DNA of 64,000 nucleotides from Polyangiaceae bacterium (GCA_965222375.1 CBDCTZ010000011.1:96001-160000), one strand, 5' to 3'; positions 9,111 to 20,129 are shown, counted from the stretch's first letter. Notes: generated by a model from the sequence alone, not told the origin. Numbers and translations: made by a program.

Positions 9111-9929
9111 CTAACGCGCGATGGTTGTCGGCGACTTTGGTCCGACGGGAGAGTCTGGAGCGCGTTTCGGCAACGTGTCAGCGGGCATCAGCGAGTGATA
9201 GATCGCGTCCGGACCGTCGTTGCGTACGAAGACGGAAGTCCAGCGGCCGTCTTCCTTGCGGAAGAACAAGACCCAGACGTTGTAGCTCTCGACCGCTTTC
9301 TCATCGACCTTCACCCAGAGTTCCACTGCCACTGCGTCGCTACGCCGATAGCTGGATACGGCTCGCAACTCCGGCAAGAGTTCGCCACGGGTGAGCTCAG
9401 AGGCTGCGAGGGGGGTCATGACCTTGGCGTTTCGGGCTGCAAGCCGACCGAGGCGCAACAGCGTTCCATCTAGAGTGACGACCAGGTGTGTGTTGCCACT
9501 CGACACTATTGGGCGCTTTCCGAGGCTTTCATTCGTCATCCGGTGGGCATCGATATCGTCCAAGCGGTCGGCCAGGGCATCGACAACGGCGCGCGCTCCA
9601 GCGCCACTGAGGGTTGGCGCCGGTACGATCACCGGCCAGAGCTCGTTGACGCCTCGCCGTTTGCCAAAGGCTATTTGGCACGTCGTTTTCCCGTCGCGCC
9701 ACTTGCGGCAGCGGTGAAGAGCGAAGTGCTCGCCGTCGTCGGAGTACGCCACTGCCTTCGGGCTGCGCAGCATGCCTCGCGCAAGCGTCTCGGAGTCGTG
9801 GAGATCGTGGCCCGAAGAATCGATGACCGGATCCTCGTAGGCGCGCCAAGGGTCGAAACATCCGACCTGAGTCGCGGCGAAGACGGTGAAAAGCGCCGCT
9901 GCAGCAGCTGGTGCCCCGAGTCTGCTCAT
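9111..9929 (-). CDS. Hypothetical lipoprotein
   Basis: ATG at 9929 gives MSRLGAPAAAAALFTVFAATQVGC (lipobox-like). Confidence 0.6.
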   Translation of the reverse strand: MSRLGAPAAAAALFTVFAATQVGCFDPWRAYEDPVIDSSGHDLHDSETLARGMLRSPKAVAYSDDGEHFALHRCRKWRDGKTTCQIAFGKRRGVNELWPVIVPAPTLSGAGARAVVDALADRLDDIDAHRMTNESLGKRPIVSSGNTHLVVTLDGTLLRLGRLAARNAKVMTPLAASELTRGELLPELRAVSSYRRSDAVAVELWVKVDEKAVESYNVWVLFFRKEDGRWTSVFVRNDGPDAIYHSLMPADTLPKRAPDSPVGPKSPTTIAR

Positions 9930-10243
9930 TACCGAGTTTCCAACACCCACCTGATGATGGACCTTACACTCGTTGGCTGAACCGCGACCAAGTTCGTCGA
10001 GCGGGGCGGTCTGCCCCGCAAATGGCCTCCGAGCTCGACGGACGCCCGGGCAGGGTGCGAAGAAGTCCTCTGTTCGCATCCGTCGGATTGTGACTCAGGT
10101 GACGATTGCCTTCCGTTTACCTTCCTGGGGCCGGATGTGAATTTTTGCTTCTGAGCTCTGTCGTTGCAGGCCCGCACGCCAAACAGCAGGTGCTCTTCTT
10201 TTCTTGGAGGGCGTGGCGCCCGCGAATCCACTATGCTTGATGG

Positions 10244-11398
10244 GTGCGGAAGGGCTTTTGGGCTGCTGCCAGCGTCATAGCGCTTGGGGGATGCAACGCA
10301 TTCAACGGCGCCGAGGACCTGCTCGTAGATGCAGCTGACGGTTCCGTCGACGGCGGTGGCACCGGTAGTTTTGGCCTAGCTGATGGGAGTTTCGCTACCG
10401 GTGCACAGGGTGGCGCGGGTACAGGAGGTGGTAGCGACGCCGCCGCTGGCGCTGGCGGCGGTACTGGCGCGACTTCGGGTACGGGCGCAGGCACGGCAAC
10501 GGGTGCTTCCACGGGCAGTGGAGGAACGCCGAGTACGGGTGGAAGCCCAGGTATTGGTGGGACGCCGAGCACGGGTGGAAGCCCAGGTACTGGTGGGACG
10601 CCGCCTCAGTGTTTCGGCAACGGTGACTGCAACGACAACAACGTGTGCACCACGAATACGTGCACCGGTGGCACGTGCGTCAAGTCGAACGTGCCGAATG
10701 GGACCTCGTGCAGCGATGGTGACTTCTGCAACGGTGACGAAACCTGCCAGAGCGGCAACTGCAAGTCGAGTGGAACCCCCGGCTCGTTTACGCAGTGCGG
10801 TGCCAACTGTCCAACCAACTACTACGCTTCTTCGATCAGCTGCAGCAGTATCTGCGGAGGCAGCGCCCGAGCGCAGTGCATCGCGGCGTGCTCGAACTCG
10901 ATGAGCGCGTGCAACTCGTGTCCCAGCGGGTACTACCCGTCTTCGAGTTCTTGCACTTCGCTGTGCGCCAATTGCCCAAGCAGCACCGGGACCCGCAATT
11001 CGTGCATCAAGATCGGCGGAAACTCGTTTTCGTCGTGCATCTCGTGTCCCAGCGGCTACTACGCTTCCTCGAGCTCCTGCACGTCGCTGTGTGGTCAATG
11101 CGGTAGCAACACGGGCCCACGCAAGTCCTGTATCGCGATCAGCGGAAACTCGTTTTCCGCCTGCGGCAGTTGCCCGAGTGGGTACTATGCTTCATCGAGT
11201 TCGTGCACGTCGCTGTGTGCTACGTGCCCCAGCAACACTGGGACTCGCAAGTCGTGCATCAAGATCAGCGGGAGCTCGTTTTCCGCCTGCGGTTCGAGTT
11301 GCCCTCCCGGGTACCACTCCACATCGCAGAGCTCTACTTCGCTGTGCGCTACCTGCGGAAGCAACACGGGTACGCGGCTGACCTGCGTGAAGAACTGA
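10244..11398 (+). CDS. Cys/Ser-rich repeat lipoprotein
   Basis: Lipobox ALGGC, Gly/Thr/Pro linker, CNDNNVCT-type module, then five CPxxY(Y/H) repeats. Confidence 0.8.
   Translation: MRKGFWAAASVIALGGCNAFNGAEDLLVDAADGSVDGGGTGSFGLADGSFATGAQGGAGTGGGSDAAAGAGGGTGATSGTGAGTATGASTGSGGTPSTGGSPGIGGTPSTGGSPGTGGTPPQCFGNGDCNDNNVCTTNTCTGGTCVKSNVPNGTSCSDGDFCNGDETCQSGNCKSSGTPGSFTQCGANCPTNYYASSISCSSICGGSARAQCIAACSNSMSACNSCPSGYYPSSSSCTSLCANCPSSTGTRNSCIKIGGNSFSSCISCPSGYYASSSSCTSLCGQCGSNTGPRKSCIAISGNSFSACGSCPSGYYASSSSCTSLCATCPSNTGTRKSCIKISGSSFSACGSSCPPGYHSTSQSSTSLCATCGSNTGTRLTCVKN
10919..11395 (+). repeat. Intragenic 126-nt (42-aa) tandem repeat, about 4 copies
   Basis: Units begin at about 10919, 11045, 11171 and 11300 (CPSGYYASSSSCTSLC...NTGTRKSCIKISGNSFSAC). 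Confidence 0.85.
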
Positions 11399-11436
11399 CG
11401 GTTCAAACCAGGCGCGATACAGGTTGGCAAGCGCGT

Positions 11437-11964
11437 CTAGCCAGGCGGCAGAGCTTGCTGTTCGGCCTGCCAAGCGCTGAAGTCGTACGTTCTCAAGATC
11501 TGCACCTTGCATGTTGACGCAGCTCCCTCCACGGCGTCGTGAAGGGTGCGGCTTGGGATGCCTGCCTGGTTCGCCTTCAGGATCACATCGAGCACGTCGC
11601 CCTTGCCTGGGATGACGCCAAACCCGGCGCCCTCGAGTCGGCGGGTAATGCAGTCTCGTGACTGCGGGTTGGGTGCAGCGACGCGAAACGCGTGACCACT
11701 GTGCTCCCCAGGCCCATCGCTCTCGACGGGCTTGGTGGCATCGTGTTTGTACACGGCGTAAGCCACGCCACCAGCGAGCAAGATAGAGACCACGATGTAT
11801 ATCCCTTTGAACCGACGTCCCTCGCCGGGGGTGCTGGGAGGCTCGCCGATGGGCAACCGCATCAGCCAACGATAGCCTAGAATGACCAGCCACACTTGCC
11901 GTGCGCTTCGGCGTGATGGCGCGCGTGGCGCGACACGTAGACGTTCCGGTGGGTCAAGCGTCAC
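11437..11964 (-). CDS. Hypothetical membrane-anchored protein
   Basis: ORF with one clear TM (IYIVVSILLAGGVAYAVY); true start probably downstream of 11964. Confidence 0.55.
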   Translation of the reverse strand: MTLDPPERLRVAPRAPSRRSARQVWLVILGYRWLMRLPIGEPPSTPGEGRRFKGIYIVVSILLAGGVAYAVYKHDATKPVESDGPGEHSGHAFRVAAPNPQSRDCITRRLEGAGFGVIPGKGDVLDVILKANQAGIPSRTLHDAVEGAASTCKVQILRTYDFSAWQAEQQALPPG

Positions 11965-12124
11965 GATGTCGGCTTCGAAAGCGCCGAGCTGACCCCTCGA
12001 GTTGGGCCAGTCGACCGCAAAACGTGCGCGCGATCGGTCAACACGCTCATGCTACGGTTGGCTCGCGGGAGGGACAGGTCGTCACCCCACTCTGTCGACT
12101 CCCCTCTGCTGAGGACCAGGTCCG

Positions 12125-13012
12125 ATGAGCGAACTTGATAACATCTTGGTTGGCATCGATTTCTCAGATGGTTGCCGTGCAGCTCTCAAGCAAGGTGTTC
12201 GGTTAGCAAGTGCTAATCAGGCGAAGCTGCACCTCTTTCACGTCATCGACGACCACGTCGTTCAACAGCTGCTGGCGTTGCTGCCAGGGAAGTCGAGCTC
12301 CGTGCGAGAGCAAGTTCTGGACGATGCGCGCAACCACCTGGCGGAGTGGGCTGGAAAGGTCGCACCCACGGCCGAGTTTGCGAGTATGTCCGTCGATGCA
12401 GGACGACCCGAGCGGTTGACCGTTCAAAAAGTGGAAGAGGTGTCTGCGGATCTCTTGATTGTCGGCATCAAGAGCTCGACCATCGGGTTCGGGGCCGGAT
12501 CCGTTGCCCGGAAAGCGATTCAGAGGGCCCCCACGCGAGTGCTCTTGGTGCACCCCGACAAGGATGACGCGTTCGGATGCGTACTGGTCGGCGTGGATTT
12601 CTCGGAAACTTCCAAGCTTGCCGCGGAGCAAGCTGCGCCGATCGCCTCGAAGGATGGTGCATCGCTACATCTAGTTCATGTTTTCCGTCCTCCGTGGAAG
12701 GTGTTGCACTATCGCGCACCCTCGGTCGGGACGTCCCCAGATTTTCAGCGCCAGTACAGGGACGCTCTGACCTACCGGCTGAAGGGTTTCACAAGTGGGG
12801 TGAGCGGCGAACCCGCGTGCCATTTGCACGAGGGGATGAACTACGGCAGCGGCATCCTCGAATGCGCGCAAGAACTAGGGGCTGACCTGGTCGTCGTAGG
12901 CACCCAAGGCCATACCAATCTGCGCCAGGTGATTCTGGGGAGCACAGCAGACCAGGTCCTTCGTGAGACCGACCTCAGCGTGCTCGCGATCAAACCCTCC
13001 GACGCGGAGTAG
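12125..13012 (+). CDS. Universal stress protein (tandem USP domains)
   Basis: Two USP domains: ILVGIDFS...GSVA and VLVGVDFS...GTQG...LGSTADQVLR. Confidence 0.9.
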   Translation: MSELDNILVGIDFSDGCRAALKQGVRLASANQAKLHLFHVIDDHVVQQLLALLPGKSSSVREQVLDDARNHLAEWAGKVAPTAEFASMSVDAGRPERLTVQKVEEVSADLLIVGIKSSTIGFGAGSVARKAIQRAPTRVLLVHPDKDDAFGCVLVGVDFSETSKLAAEQAAPIASKDGASLHLVHVFRPPWKVLHYRAPSVGTSPDFQRQYRDALTYRLKGFTSGVSGEPACHLHEGMNYGSGILECAQELGADLVVVGTQGHTNLRQVILGSTADQVLRETDLSVLAIKPSDAE

Positions 13013-13154
13013 CTTCGTGTCCGGGGCCCGCCCTCGGTGGCGCCCTCCGACGCAGTCGTTGCGGAAAGGAAGGCTAGCTGGTGCAAGGCGTGCGCGCCTG
13101 GGCGTTCCAGAGTGAGCCAATCAAGCGGTCCAGTGTTTGCTAGCCAAAGCAACG

Positions 13155-14519
13155 ATGGCTGTACATCGCATTCGGCGCGGCCTCGACCTTCCGCTATCCG
13201 GAGCACCCCGCCCGGGAGCTCCAGAGGCGAAGCCCGTCGTCCGTGTCGGTGTAATGGCCGAGGACGTGCGCGGCGGAAAGCTGCGCGCTGTCGTGCAGCC
13301 GGATGACCGTGTTCAGCGCGGCATGCCGCTGCTGGAAGACCGACAGCGCAAGGGCTTGTACGTCACTGCGCCCGCGGGGGGCCGAGTCAGCGCTGTCTAT
13401 CGGGGCGACAAACGCCGCTTGCGCAGCGTGTGCGTGGAGATCGAGGATGACGACGCGCGCGGTTTCACGATCAATCGGGCCGCAGAGGACGGTGACGCAT
13501 TGCGCACTCTCCTCCTCGAGACGGGACTGTGGACCGCGCTGCGAGAGCGCCCCTTTGAGGGCACGCCAGATCCGGCGGGGGAGCCGCACGCGCTGTTCGT
13601 TACGGCGATCGACACCCAGCCCCACGCGCCGGGCCTGGACTCCACACTGTCGGGGCGCGAGGAAGACTTCGAGCGTGGACTTGCGGCCGTAACGCGGTTG
13701 ACGCGAGGCACGACGTTCGTTTGCGTTCGCGCCGGACAGCGCCCGCCCGTGGGCAATGCTGCCGTCTCCCTCGAAGAGTTCGAAGGGCCGCACCCCGCCG
13801 GGAACGTGGGGCTTCACATTCAGCTTCTCGCTCCGGTGCATCGTGGCAGAAGCGTGTGGCACATCGGCGCGCAAGACGTGGCGGCGATTGGATACTTGCT
13901 TGCCCACGGCACACTCGACCCAACCCGGGTCGTCTCCTTGGCCGGTCCAAGTGTCGTCGAGCCGCGTCTGCTCCGGTTGCGACTGGGCGCTAGCGTAGAT
14001 GATGCGGTTGCGGGCGAGCTGAGACCCGGCGAGCAACGGGTTGTGTCCGGATCGGTGCTCCACGGGCGGGTTGCTCGAGGCGATGTTGGAGGCTGGTTGG
14101 GCCGCCACCATCAGCAGATTGCCGCGTTGAGCGAAGACCGCGAACGTCACGCGTTGCAGTGGCTGCGTCCCGGGTTTGATCGCTACTCCTTCACTCCGGT
14201 TTTTGCCCAGTCGCTGCTCGCGCTACTGAGCCGATGGATGGGGAGACCGCCGACGGCGCGGAGTTTCACCACGTCACTGGCTGGTGGCCCGCGCGCGATT
14301 GTGCCCATCGGTGCCTATGAACGCGTGATGCCTTATGACGTGCTTCCCACTCACCTGCTGCGTGCCCTGAGCGTGGGGGACTTGGAGTGGGCGGAGCAGT
14401 TGGGCGCGCTCGAATTGAGTGAAGAGGACCTTGCGCTGTGCAGCTTCGTCTGCCCCGGGAAGGCCGACTACGGCGAACAGCTCCGTGCGGTGCTGGACGA
14501 ATTGGAGGCGGGAGCCTGA
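13155..14519 (+). CDS. nqrA: Na+-translocating NADH:quinone reductase subunit A
   Basis: IRRGLDLPLSGAP, GPHPAGNVG and EEDLALCSFVCPGK motifs; first gene of the nqr operon. Confidence 0.92.
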   Translation: MAVHRIRRGLDLPLSGAPRPGAPEAKPVVRVGVMAEDVRGGKLRAVVQPDDRVQRGMPLLEDRQRKGLYVTAPAGGRVSAVYRGDKRRLRSVCVEIEDDDARGFTINRAAEDGDALRTLLLETGLWTALRERPFEGTPDPAGEPHALFVTAIDTQPHAPGLDSTLSGREEDFERGLAAVTRLTRGTTFVCVRAGQRPPVGNAAVSLEEFEGPHPAGNVGLHIQLLAPVHRGRSVWHIGAQDVAAIGYLLAHGTLDPTRVVSLAGPSVVEPRLLRLRLGASVDDAVAGELRPGEQRVVSGSVLHGRVARGDVGGWLGRHHQQIAALSEDRERHALQWLRPGFDRYSFTPVFAQSLLALLSRWMGRPPTARSFTTSLAGGPRAIVPIGAYERVMPYDVLPTHLLRALSVGDLEWAEQLGALELSEEDLALCSFVCPGKADYGEQLRAVLDELEAGA

Positions 14520-15721
14520 TGTCCCGACTCAGCCGGGCCCTGGAGCGGGCACGTCGACCTTTCGAGCGTGGCAGACGTCTCGAGCGTTTCGCGCCCGTGT
14601 TCGAGATGGTGGACACACTGCTGTGCTCGCCGAGCACCGTGACCCGCGGCAGCGTGCACGTCCGCGACGCCATCGACCTCAAGCGCGTAATGATCGTGGT
14701 GGTCGTCGCCATCGTCCCATGCCTGCTGATGGCCCTGTACAACACAGGGTACCAAGCACACCTGGTTCTGGCTCAGGGCGGAACGGAGATCCCCGATTGG
14801 CGCAGTGCCGTGTTCGCAGCAACGGGTCTGTCTGCCTCCCCGAACTCCGTGCTCGGCTGTGTCGTGCGTGGAGCGCTCTACTTCATCCCCGTCCTTGCGG
14901 TCTGCTTCGCAGCGGGGGGAGCTATCGAAGTGCTGTTCGCGGTGGTGCGCCGACACGCCGTGAACGAGGGCTTCTTCGTTACTGGTTTTCTGATTCCTCT
15001 CACTCTGCCCCCGAGCATCCCCCTTTGGCAGGTGGCGGTCGGAACGGCCTTCGGCGTACTCATTTCCAAGGAGGTGTTCGGCGGCACCGGCATGAACTTC
15101 TTGAATCCCGCACTGGTCGTGCGCGCGATTCTGTTCTTTGCCTACCCAGCCCAGATGTCAGGGGATGTGTGGGTCGCTGCCAAGATGCCCGATGGCATCA
15201 CCGGCGCCACCTCGCTGGCGCGCCTAGCCGAGGGCGACACCAGCGCTCCGGATCTGTGGAACGCGTTCTTGGGTCTAACCCAGGGGTCGATGGGTGAAAC
15301 ATCGACCCTAGCCTGCCTGCTCGGCGCGGCGGTGTTGCTGCTGACGCGGGTCGCCTCTGCACGCACGCTGATCGGTGTGGTTTTGGGCACGCTGGTAACG
15401 GCCGAGCTACTGCGCGCCATCGGGTCCGCGTCGAATCCGATGTTCGACGTTCCGTTCCACTGGCACATGGTGCTCGGGGGTTGGGCCTTCGGCGCGGTCT
15501 TCATGGCTACGGACCCTGTCTCGTCTCCCTTCACGCTGCGCGGTCAATTCGCCTATGGCGTGGCGATTGGATTCCTGGCCGTGCTGATTCGTGCGGTGAA
15601 CCCGGCGTACCCCGAAGGGATGATGCTCGCCATCTTGTTCATGAACCTGTTCGCTCCCGTCATCGACCACGTCGTGGTCAAAGCGAACGTCAAACGGAGG
15701 CTGGCACGTGACCGCAGCTGA
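14519..15721 (+). CDS. nqrB: Na+-NQR subunit B
   Basis: HVRDAIDLKR, KEVFGGTGMNFLNPAL, FMN site DGITGAT, MATDPVS, YPEGMMLAILF; ATG overlaps the nqrA stop. Confidence 0.95.
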   Translation: MSRLSRALERARRPFERGRRLERFAPVFEMVDTLLCSPSTVTRGSVHVRDAIDLKRVMIVVVVAIVPCLLMALYNTGYQAHLVLAQGGTEIPDWRSAVFAATGLSASPNSVLGCVVRGALYFIPVLAVCFAAGGAIEVLFAVVRRHAVNEGFFVTGFLIPLTLPPSIPLWQVAVGTAFGVLISKEVFGGTGMNFLNPALVVRAILFFAYPAQMSGDVWVAAKMPDGITGATSLARLAEGDTSAPDLWNAFLGLTQGSMGETSTLACLLGAAVLLLTRVASARTLIGVVLGTLVTAELLRAIGSASNPMFDVPFHWHMVLGGWAFGAVFMATDPVSSPFTLRGQFAYGVAIGFLAVLIRAVNPAYPEGMMLAILFMNLFAPVIDHVVVKANVKRRLARDRS

Positions 15722-16496
15722 GCGAGGGAAGTGGCACACGCTGCGATTCGCAGCCGTCGTGTGTGCGTTCTGCTCTGTGGCAGTGGCCGGCTCCGCGGTG
15801 CTGTTACGCCCGCGTCAGATAGAGAATCGGGAGCTCGACCGTCAGACTCGAGTCCTGGAGGTGGCTGGTCTGATCAAACCTGGCCAGCCGCCTGAACGCG
15901 CTGAAATCCGGCGACTGTTTCAAGACAACGTACGGGTCGTTGCAATCGAACTCGCCACTGGCGCTGATGCGCCTGAAATCGATTTGGCGACCTACGATCC
16001 TCGCCGCGCGGCCCGAGACCCGACGACAAGTCGCCAAGCCCCCGAGAACGAGGCACGCGTCGCGCGTGTCCCGCACCACGTCCTGGTGTACTTGATCGAG
16101 CGCGCGGGTAGCGTCGACCGGCTGATACTGCCCATGGAGGGTTTGGGCCTGTGGTCTACGCTGCGCGGCTACCTGGCGCTTTCAGCGGATGGCACGACGG
16201 TTCGTGGCATCACCTTCTACGAGCACGCTGAAACGCCTGGCCTGGGAGACGGAATCGATGACCCAAGCTGGCAGGCGGGCTGGGACGGACGCAAGATCTT
16301 CGATCAAACAGGCAAGGTGCGCCTGCGTGTGATCAAAGGCCGGGCGGGTCCGCCCGACTCGGATCCCTTCCGAGTGGACGGTTTGTCCGGTGCGACTCTG
16401 ACTGCAAACGGCGTCTCCAACATGCTCGAGTTCTGGTTGGGGCCCGAGGGCTACGGCCCATACCTGGATCGACTGCGACGGGAGGCCCGGCCATGA
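15708..16496 (+). CDS. nqrC: Na+-NQR subunit C
   Basis: GLWS, ETPGLG and FMN site [10 protein letters not shown]. Confidence 0.95.
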   Translation: MTAAERGKWHTLRFAAVVCAFCSVAVAGSAVLLRPRQIENRELDRQTRVLEVAGLIKPGQPPERAEIRRLFQDNVRVVAIELATGADAPEIDLATYDPRRAARDPTTSRQAPENEARVARVPHHVLVYLIERAGSVDRLILPMEGLGLWSTLRGYLALSADGTTVRGITFYEHAETPGLGDGIDDPSWQAGWDGRKIFDQTGKVRLRVIKGRAGPPDSDPFRVDGLSGATLTANGVSNMLEFWLGPEGYGPYLDRLRREARP

Positions 16497-17170
16497 CCGT
16501 GAGTAGTCATCGCAAAACGTTGGTCGACCCACTGTTCAACGACAACCCGATCACCATCCAGGTGCTAGGCATCTGTTCGGCGCTAGCGGTAACCGCCAAA
16601 CTCGAAACCGCACTGGTGATGTCTGCCGCCCTGACCGCCGTCCTCACCCTGGCAAACGTCTCGGTGAGCGTGCTGCGCCGGTCCATTCCGCGAGACGTTC
16701 GCATCATCATCCAGCTCACGATCATCGCGTCGCTCGTTATCGTGACCGATCAAGTGCTCAAGGCGTACGTCTACGGGATCAGTAAGCAGCTCAGCGTGTT
16801 TGTCGGGCTGATCATCACGAACTGCATCGTCATGGGGCGAGCTGAGGCCTTTGCCATGAAGAATGCGCCGCTCCCCAGTCTGCTCGACGGCCTCGGCAAC
16901 TCCGTTGGCTACAGTCTCGTGCTGATCATCGTCGGCGGCGTGCGTGAGCTTCTCGGTGCCGGCACTTTGCTCGACGTTCCGATCCTGCCCCTGGTCCAGG
17001 ACGGAGGCTGGTACGTGCCGAACGGCCTCGCTGTGTTGGCGCCCGCGGCGTTCTTCATCATCGGGCTGTTGATCTGGGGTTTGCGCACTTGGAAACCGGA
17101 GCAGGTCGAGGACGAAGCGACGGTCGTCATCCAGGAGCCCGAGGAACTCGCCGAGGCCCCAGGAGAGTGA
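16493..17170 (+). CDS. nqrD: Na+-NQR subunit D
   Basis: [17 protein letters not shown] and [22 protein letters not shown]. Confidence 0.95.
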   Translation: MTVSSHRKTLVDPLFNDNPITIQVLGICSALAVTAKLETALVMSAALTAVLTLANVSVSVLRRSIPRDVRIIIQLTIIASLVIVTDQVLKAYVYGISKQLSVFVGLIITNCIVMGRAEAFAMKNAPLPSLLDGLGNSVGYSLVLIIVGGVRELLGAGTLLDVPILPLVQDGGWYVPNGLAVLAPAAFFIIGLLIWGLRTWKPEQVEDEATVVIQEPEELAEAPGE

Positions 17171-17171
17171 G

Positions 17172-17786
17172 ATGGAGCACTATCTGAGCATCGCCCTGCG
17201 CGCCGCATTCGTCGACAACATGGCGCTCGCGTTCTTCCTAGGGCTGTGCTCCTTCCTCGCGGTTTCGCGCCGGCTCGAGACCGCTTTCGGTCTGGGCATG
17301 GCGGTCCTCTTTGTACTGACTCTCACCTGTCCACTGAACCAGCTCTTCCTCACCTACGTGCTGCGAGAAGGGGCCCTCGGGTGGTTGCACCCGGCGCTGG
17401 GTTCCGTGGATCTGTCCTTCTTGGTGTACTTGGTCTTTATCGGAACTATCGCTGCGACGGTGCAGGTCGTCGAGATTTTCATGGATCGAAAGTTGCCGCG
17501 CCTGTCGGCCTCTCTCGGCGTATTCCTGCCCTTGATCGCGGTGAACTGCGCAATCTTGGGCGCGTCGCTGTTCATGGCAGAGCGCGACTACACATTCTCG
17601 GAGAGCCTGTCCTTCAGCGTTGGCTCCGGCGTCGGTTGGGCCCTTGCGGTGATCGCCCTGGGTGCTGTGCGGGAGCGCCTCCGCTACAGCAATGTACCAG
17701 CAGGTCTGCGCGGGCTCGGCATCACCTTCATCGCCACGGGGTTGATGGCGATGTGCTTCATGGCCTTCGCGGGGGTGCGGCTATGA
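17172..17786 (+). CDS. nqrE: Na+-NQR subunit E
   Basis: MEHYLS, FFLGLCSFLAVS, LPLIAVNCAILG, GLRGLGITFI. Confidence 0.95.
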   Translation: MEHYLSIALRAAFVDNMALAFFLGLCSFLAVSRRLETAFGLGMAVLFVLTLTCPLNQLFLTYVLREGALGWLHPALGSVDLSFLVYLVFIGTIAATVQVVEIFMDRKLPRLSASLGVFLPLIAVNCAILGASLFMAERDYTFSESLSFSVGSGVGWALAVIALGAVRERLRYSNVPAGLRGLGITFIATGLMAMCFMAFAGVRL

Positions 17787-17796
17787 GGAGGAGAAG

Positions 17797-19023
17797 ATGC
17801 TGACGGTCCTGGTTGGAGCGCTGGCGTTCACGGCAATCGTGCTCGCGTTGGTAGCCACGCTGCTAGCAGCGAAGGCTCGCCTGGCTCCAAGTGGCTCGGC
17901 GCGGCTGAGCATCAACGATGACCCGACCCGCGAGCTGACGGCGCCGATCGGGGAAACCCTGCTCTCGACGCTGGCGGCTCGAGATGTGTTCCTTCCCTCG
18001 GCATGCGGCGGCAAGGGGACTTGCGGGGTGTGCAAGGTCGTTGTCGCGGAGGGTGGTGGTCGGCTCCTGCCGACCGAGCGCTCCCTCGTGAGCCGAGGCG
18101 AGGAGCGACGCGGCATTCGCCTGTCTTGCCAAGTCAAGGTTCGCGAAGACATGCGCATTGAACTACCCGAAGCGGTTCTGGGCACGCGGCGGTGGCAGTG
18201 TCGAGTACGCAGTAACGAAAGCGTGGCGACCTTCATCAAAGAGTTGGTGTTGGAGTTGCCCGAGGGAGAGTCGGTTCCTTACCGGGCAGGCGGCTACATT
18301 CAGATACAGGTCCCCCCTCACCGCATGTCCTATCGCGACATAGTCGTGGGAGATCAGTTCCAAGCGACCTGGAGTGAGCAAGAGCTGTGGTCATTGACCT
18401 CAGAGGTTGCCGAGACCGAAACGGTCTATCGAGCGTACTCGATCGCTAGCGCTCCCACTGAAACGGGCGTGGTGATGCTCAACGTGAGAATCGCCGTTCC
18501 GCCAGCCGACGAGCCCGGCGTGCCACCTGGGAAGGCCTCGTCGTGGCTGTTCGGACTGAAACCGGGGGATGACGTCGAGATTTCTGGTCCCTATGGCGAC
18601 TTCTTCGTGAAGGAGACGGATGCGGAAATGGTCTTTGTCGGTGGCGGCGCAGGCATGGCACCGCTGCGTTCGATGATCTTCGACCAGATTCACCGGGTTG
18701 GAACGGACCGCAAACTGTCCTTTTGGTACGGCGCGCGCAGCCTGCGAGAGGCTTTCTACGTTTCTGACTTCGAGAAGCTGGCTCGGGAGCATGCGAACTT
18801 CCAGTGGCACTTGGCGCTCTCGGAGCCACTAGCGGAAGACGACTGGAGCGGGCCAACGGGTTTCATTCATCAGGTGCTGTTCGAGGAGTATCTGGCTACT
18901 CACCCAGCCCCGGAGGACGTGGAGTTCTACTTGTGTGGGCCCCCGCAAATGATCCAGGCCTGCAAGGCTATGCTGACTGACATCGGCGTCGAGGCGGAGA
19001 ACATTGCCTATGACGAGTTCTAG
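17797..19023 (+). CDS. nqrF: Na+-NQR subunit F
   Basis: 2Fe-2S SACGGKGTCGVC...RLSCQ, FAD RAYS, NADH GGGAGMAP, CGPP. Confidence 0.95.
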   Translation: MLTVLVGALAFTAIVLALVATLLAAKARLAPSGSARLSINDDPTRELTAPIGETLLSTLAARDVFLPSACGGKGTCGVCKVVVAEGGGRLLPTERSLVSRGEERRGIRLSCQVKVREDMRIELPEAVLGTRRWQCRVRSNESVATFIKELVLELPEGESVPYRAGGYIQIQVPPHRMSYRDIVVGDQFQATWSEQELWSLTSEVAETETVYRAYSIASAPTETGVVMLNVRIAVPPADEPGVPPGKASSWLFGLKPGDDVEISGPYGDFFVKETDAEMVFVGGGAGMAPLRSMIFDQIHRVGTDRKLSFWYGARSLREAFYVSDFEKLAREHANFQWHLALSEPLAEDDWSGPTGFIHQVLFEEYLATHPAPEDVEFYLCGPPQMIQACKAMLTDIGVEAENIAYDEF

Positions 19024-19087
19024 AGCTCGAAGTCAGGTCGGCAAGCGGATCCCTCGGCGCGGCCCCAAGCTCCCTGCGCGAGCGCGC

Positions 19088-20128
19088 GTGGCATGGGTCG
19101 CCGTGCTGGTTGTGCTGTCCCTCGCAAGCCTTGCGGTGTACGGGAAGGCGCCGTCCAAACAAGAATCAAGGTTCTCCGGCTCCACCATGGGGACCAGCTA
19201 TCGCGTCAAACTGGCGGAAGCGCTGTCGCCGAAGGAGCGCACGCGCGTCGCCGGGGCGATCAGCGCCGTGCTCACCCGCGCGCGCACGCGCTTCTCAACC
19301 TATGAGCCGACCTCGGAGCTCTCACGCTTCAATAGCCATTCCGAGCCAGGCGGCGTCCCCGTTTCGAAGGCCACCTTGTCTCTAGTTGACCTGGCGCTGG
19401 GGGTGAGTCGAGCCAGCCATGGGGCACTCGACCCAAGCGTCGGTCCCCTGGTCGAGCTATGGGGTTTCGGACCGAGAGAGCCCACTTCCTCCCCGCCGAC
19501 CCAGCAAGAGATTGCCGTTGCACGGGAGAAAGTTGGGTACGCCTTCTTGTCGACGGACCACACGGCACAGCGCTTGGTCAAGCATCGCGCACACGTGCGT
19601 TGTGACCTGTCCGCCATCGCGAAGGGCCAAGCCATCGATGACTTGGGTGATGCTCTTCAGGCTCTTGGTCACCGCAACTTCTTGATCGAGATCGGCGGCG
19701 AGCTCCTGGCGCGCGGCAGGAACGGAAGCGGGCGCTTCTGGCGCGTGGGTATCGAGAGTCCCGAGCCGCATTCGAGGACGGTCGCGTCCGTCGTTGAGCT
19801 CAGTGACCTTGCGATTGCGACCTCTGGAAGCTATCGCAACTTCCGCACGCTGCCCCAGCGTCGCGTTTCACATCTGATCGACCCGCGCACCGGCCATCCT
19901 GTTGAGCACACCGTCGTTTCAGTGAGCGTGGTGCATGCGAGTGCCGCATTGGCGGACGCTTGGGCCACGGCCCTGCACGTCCTCGGACAGCGTCAAGGTT
20001 ACGAGCTCGCCGTCCAGCGTGGGCTCGCCGCGCGTTTCGTCTCCAAGCGCGGCGACTCGCTCGTCGTGCGCGCTACCCACGGGTTCCCTGCAGAACTTGC
20101 GCGTTCTGTACCGAGGCGAGGTGACTGA
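19088..20128 (+). CDS. apbE: FAD:protein FMN transferase
   Basis: TMGT, DLSAIAKG, EIGGE, ATSGSYRN, HLIDPRTG and ADAWATAL motifs; start uncertain. Confidence 0.92.
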   Translation: MAWVAVLVVLSLASLAVYGKAPSKQESRFSGSTMGTSYRVKLAEALSPKERTRVAGAISAVLTRARTRFSTYEPTSELSRFNSHSEPGGVPVSKATLSLVDLALGVSRASHGALDPSVGPLVELWGFGPREPTSSPPTQQEIAVAREKVGYAFLSTDHTAQRLVKHRAHVRCDLSAIAKGQAIDDLGDALQALGHRNFLIEIGGELLARGRNGSGRFWRVGIESPEPHSRTVASVVELSDLAIATSGSYRNFRTLPQRRVSHLIDPRTGHPVEHTVVSVSVVHASAALADAWATALHVLGQRQGYELAVQRGLAARFVSKRGDSLVVRATHGFPAELARSVPRRGD

Positions 20129-20129
20129 A

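Noticed and set aside
13105..13130. FNR box upstream of nqrA
   Set aside because: GTGAGCCAATCAA has the wrong spacing and a poor left half-site.
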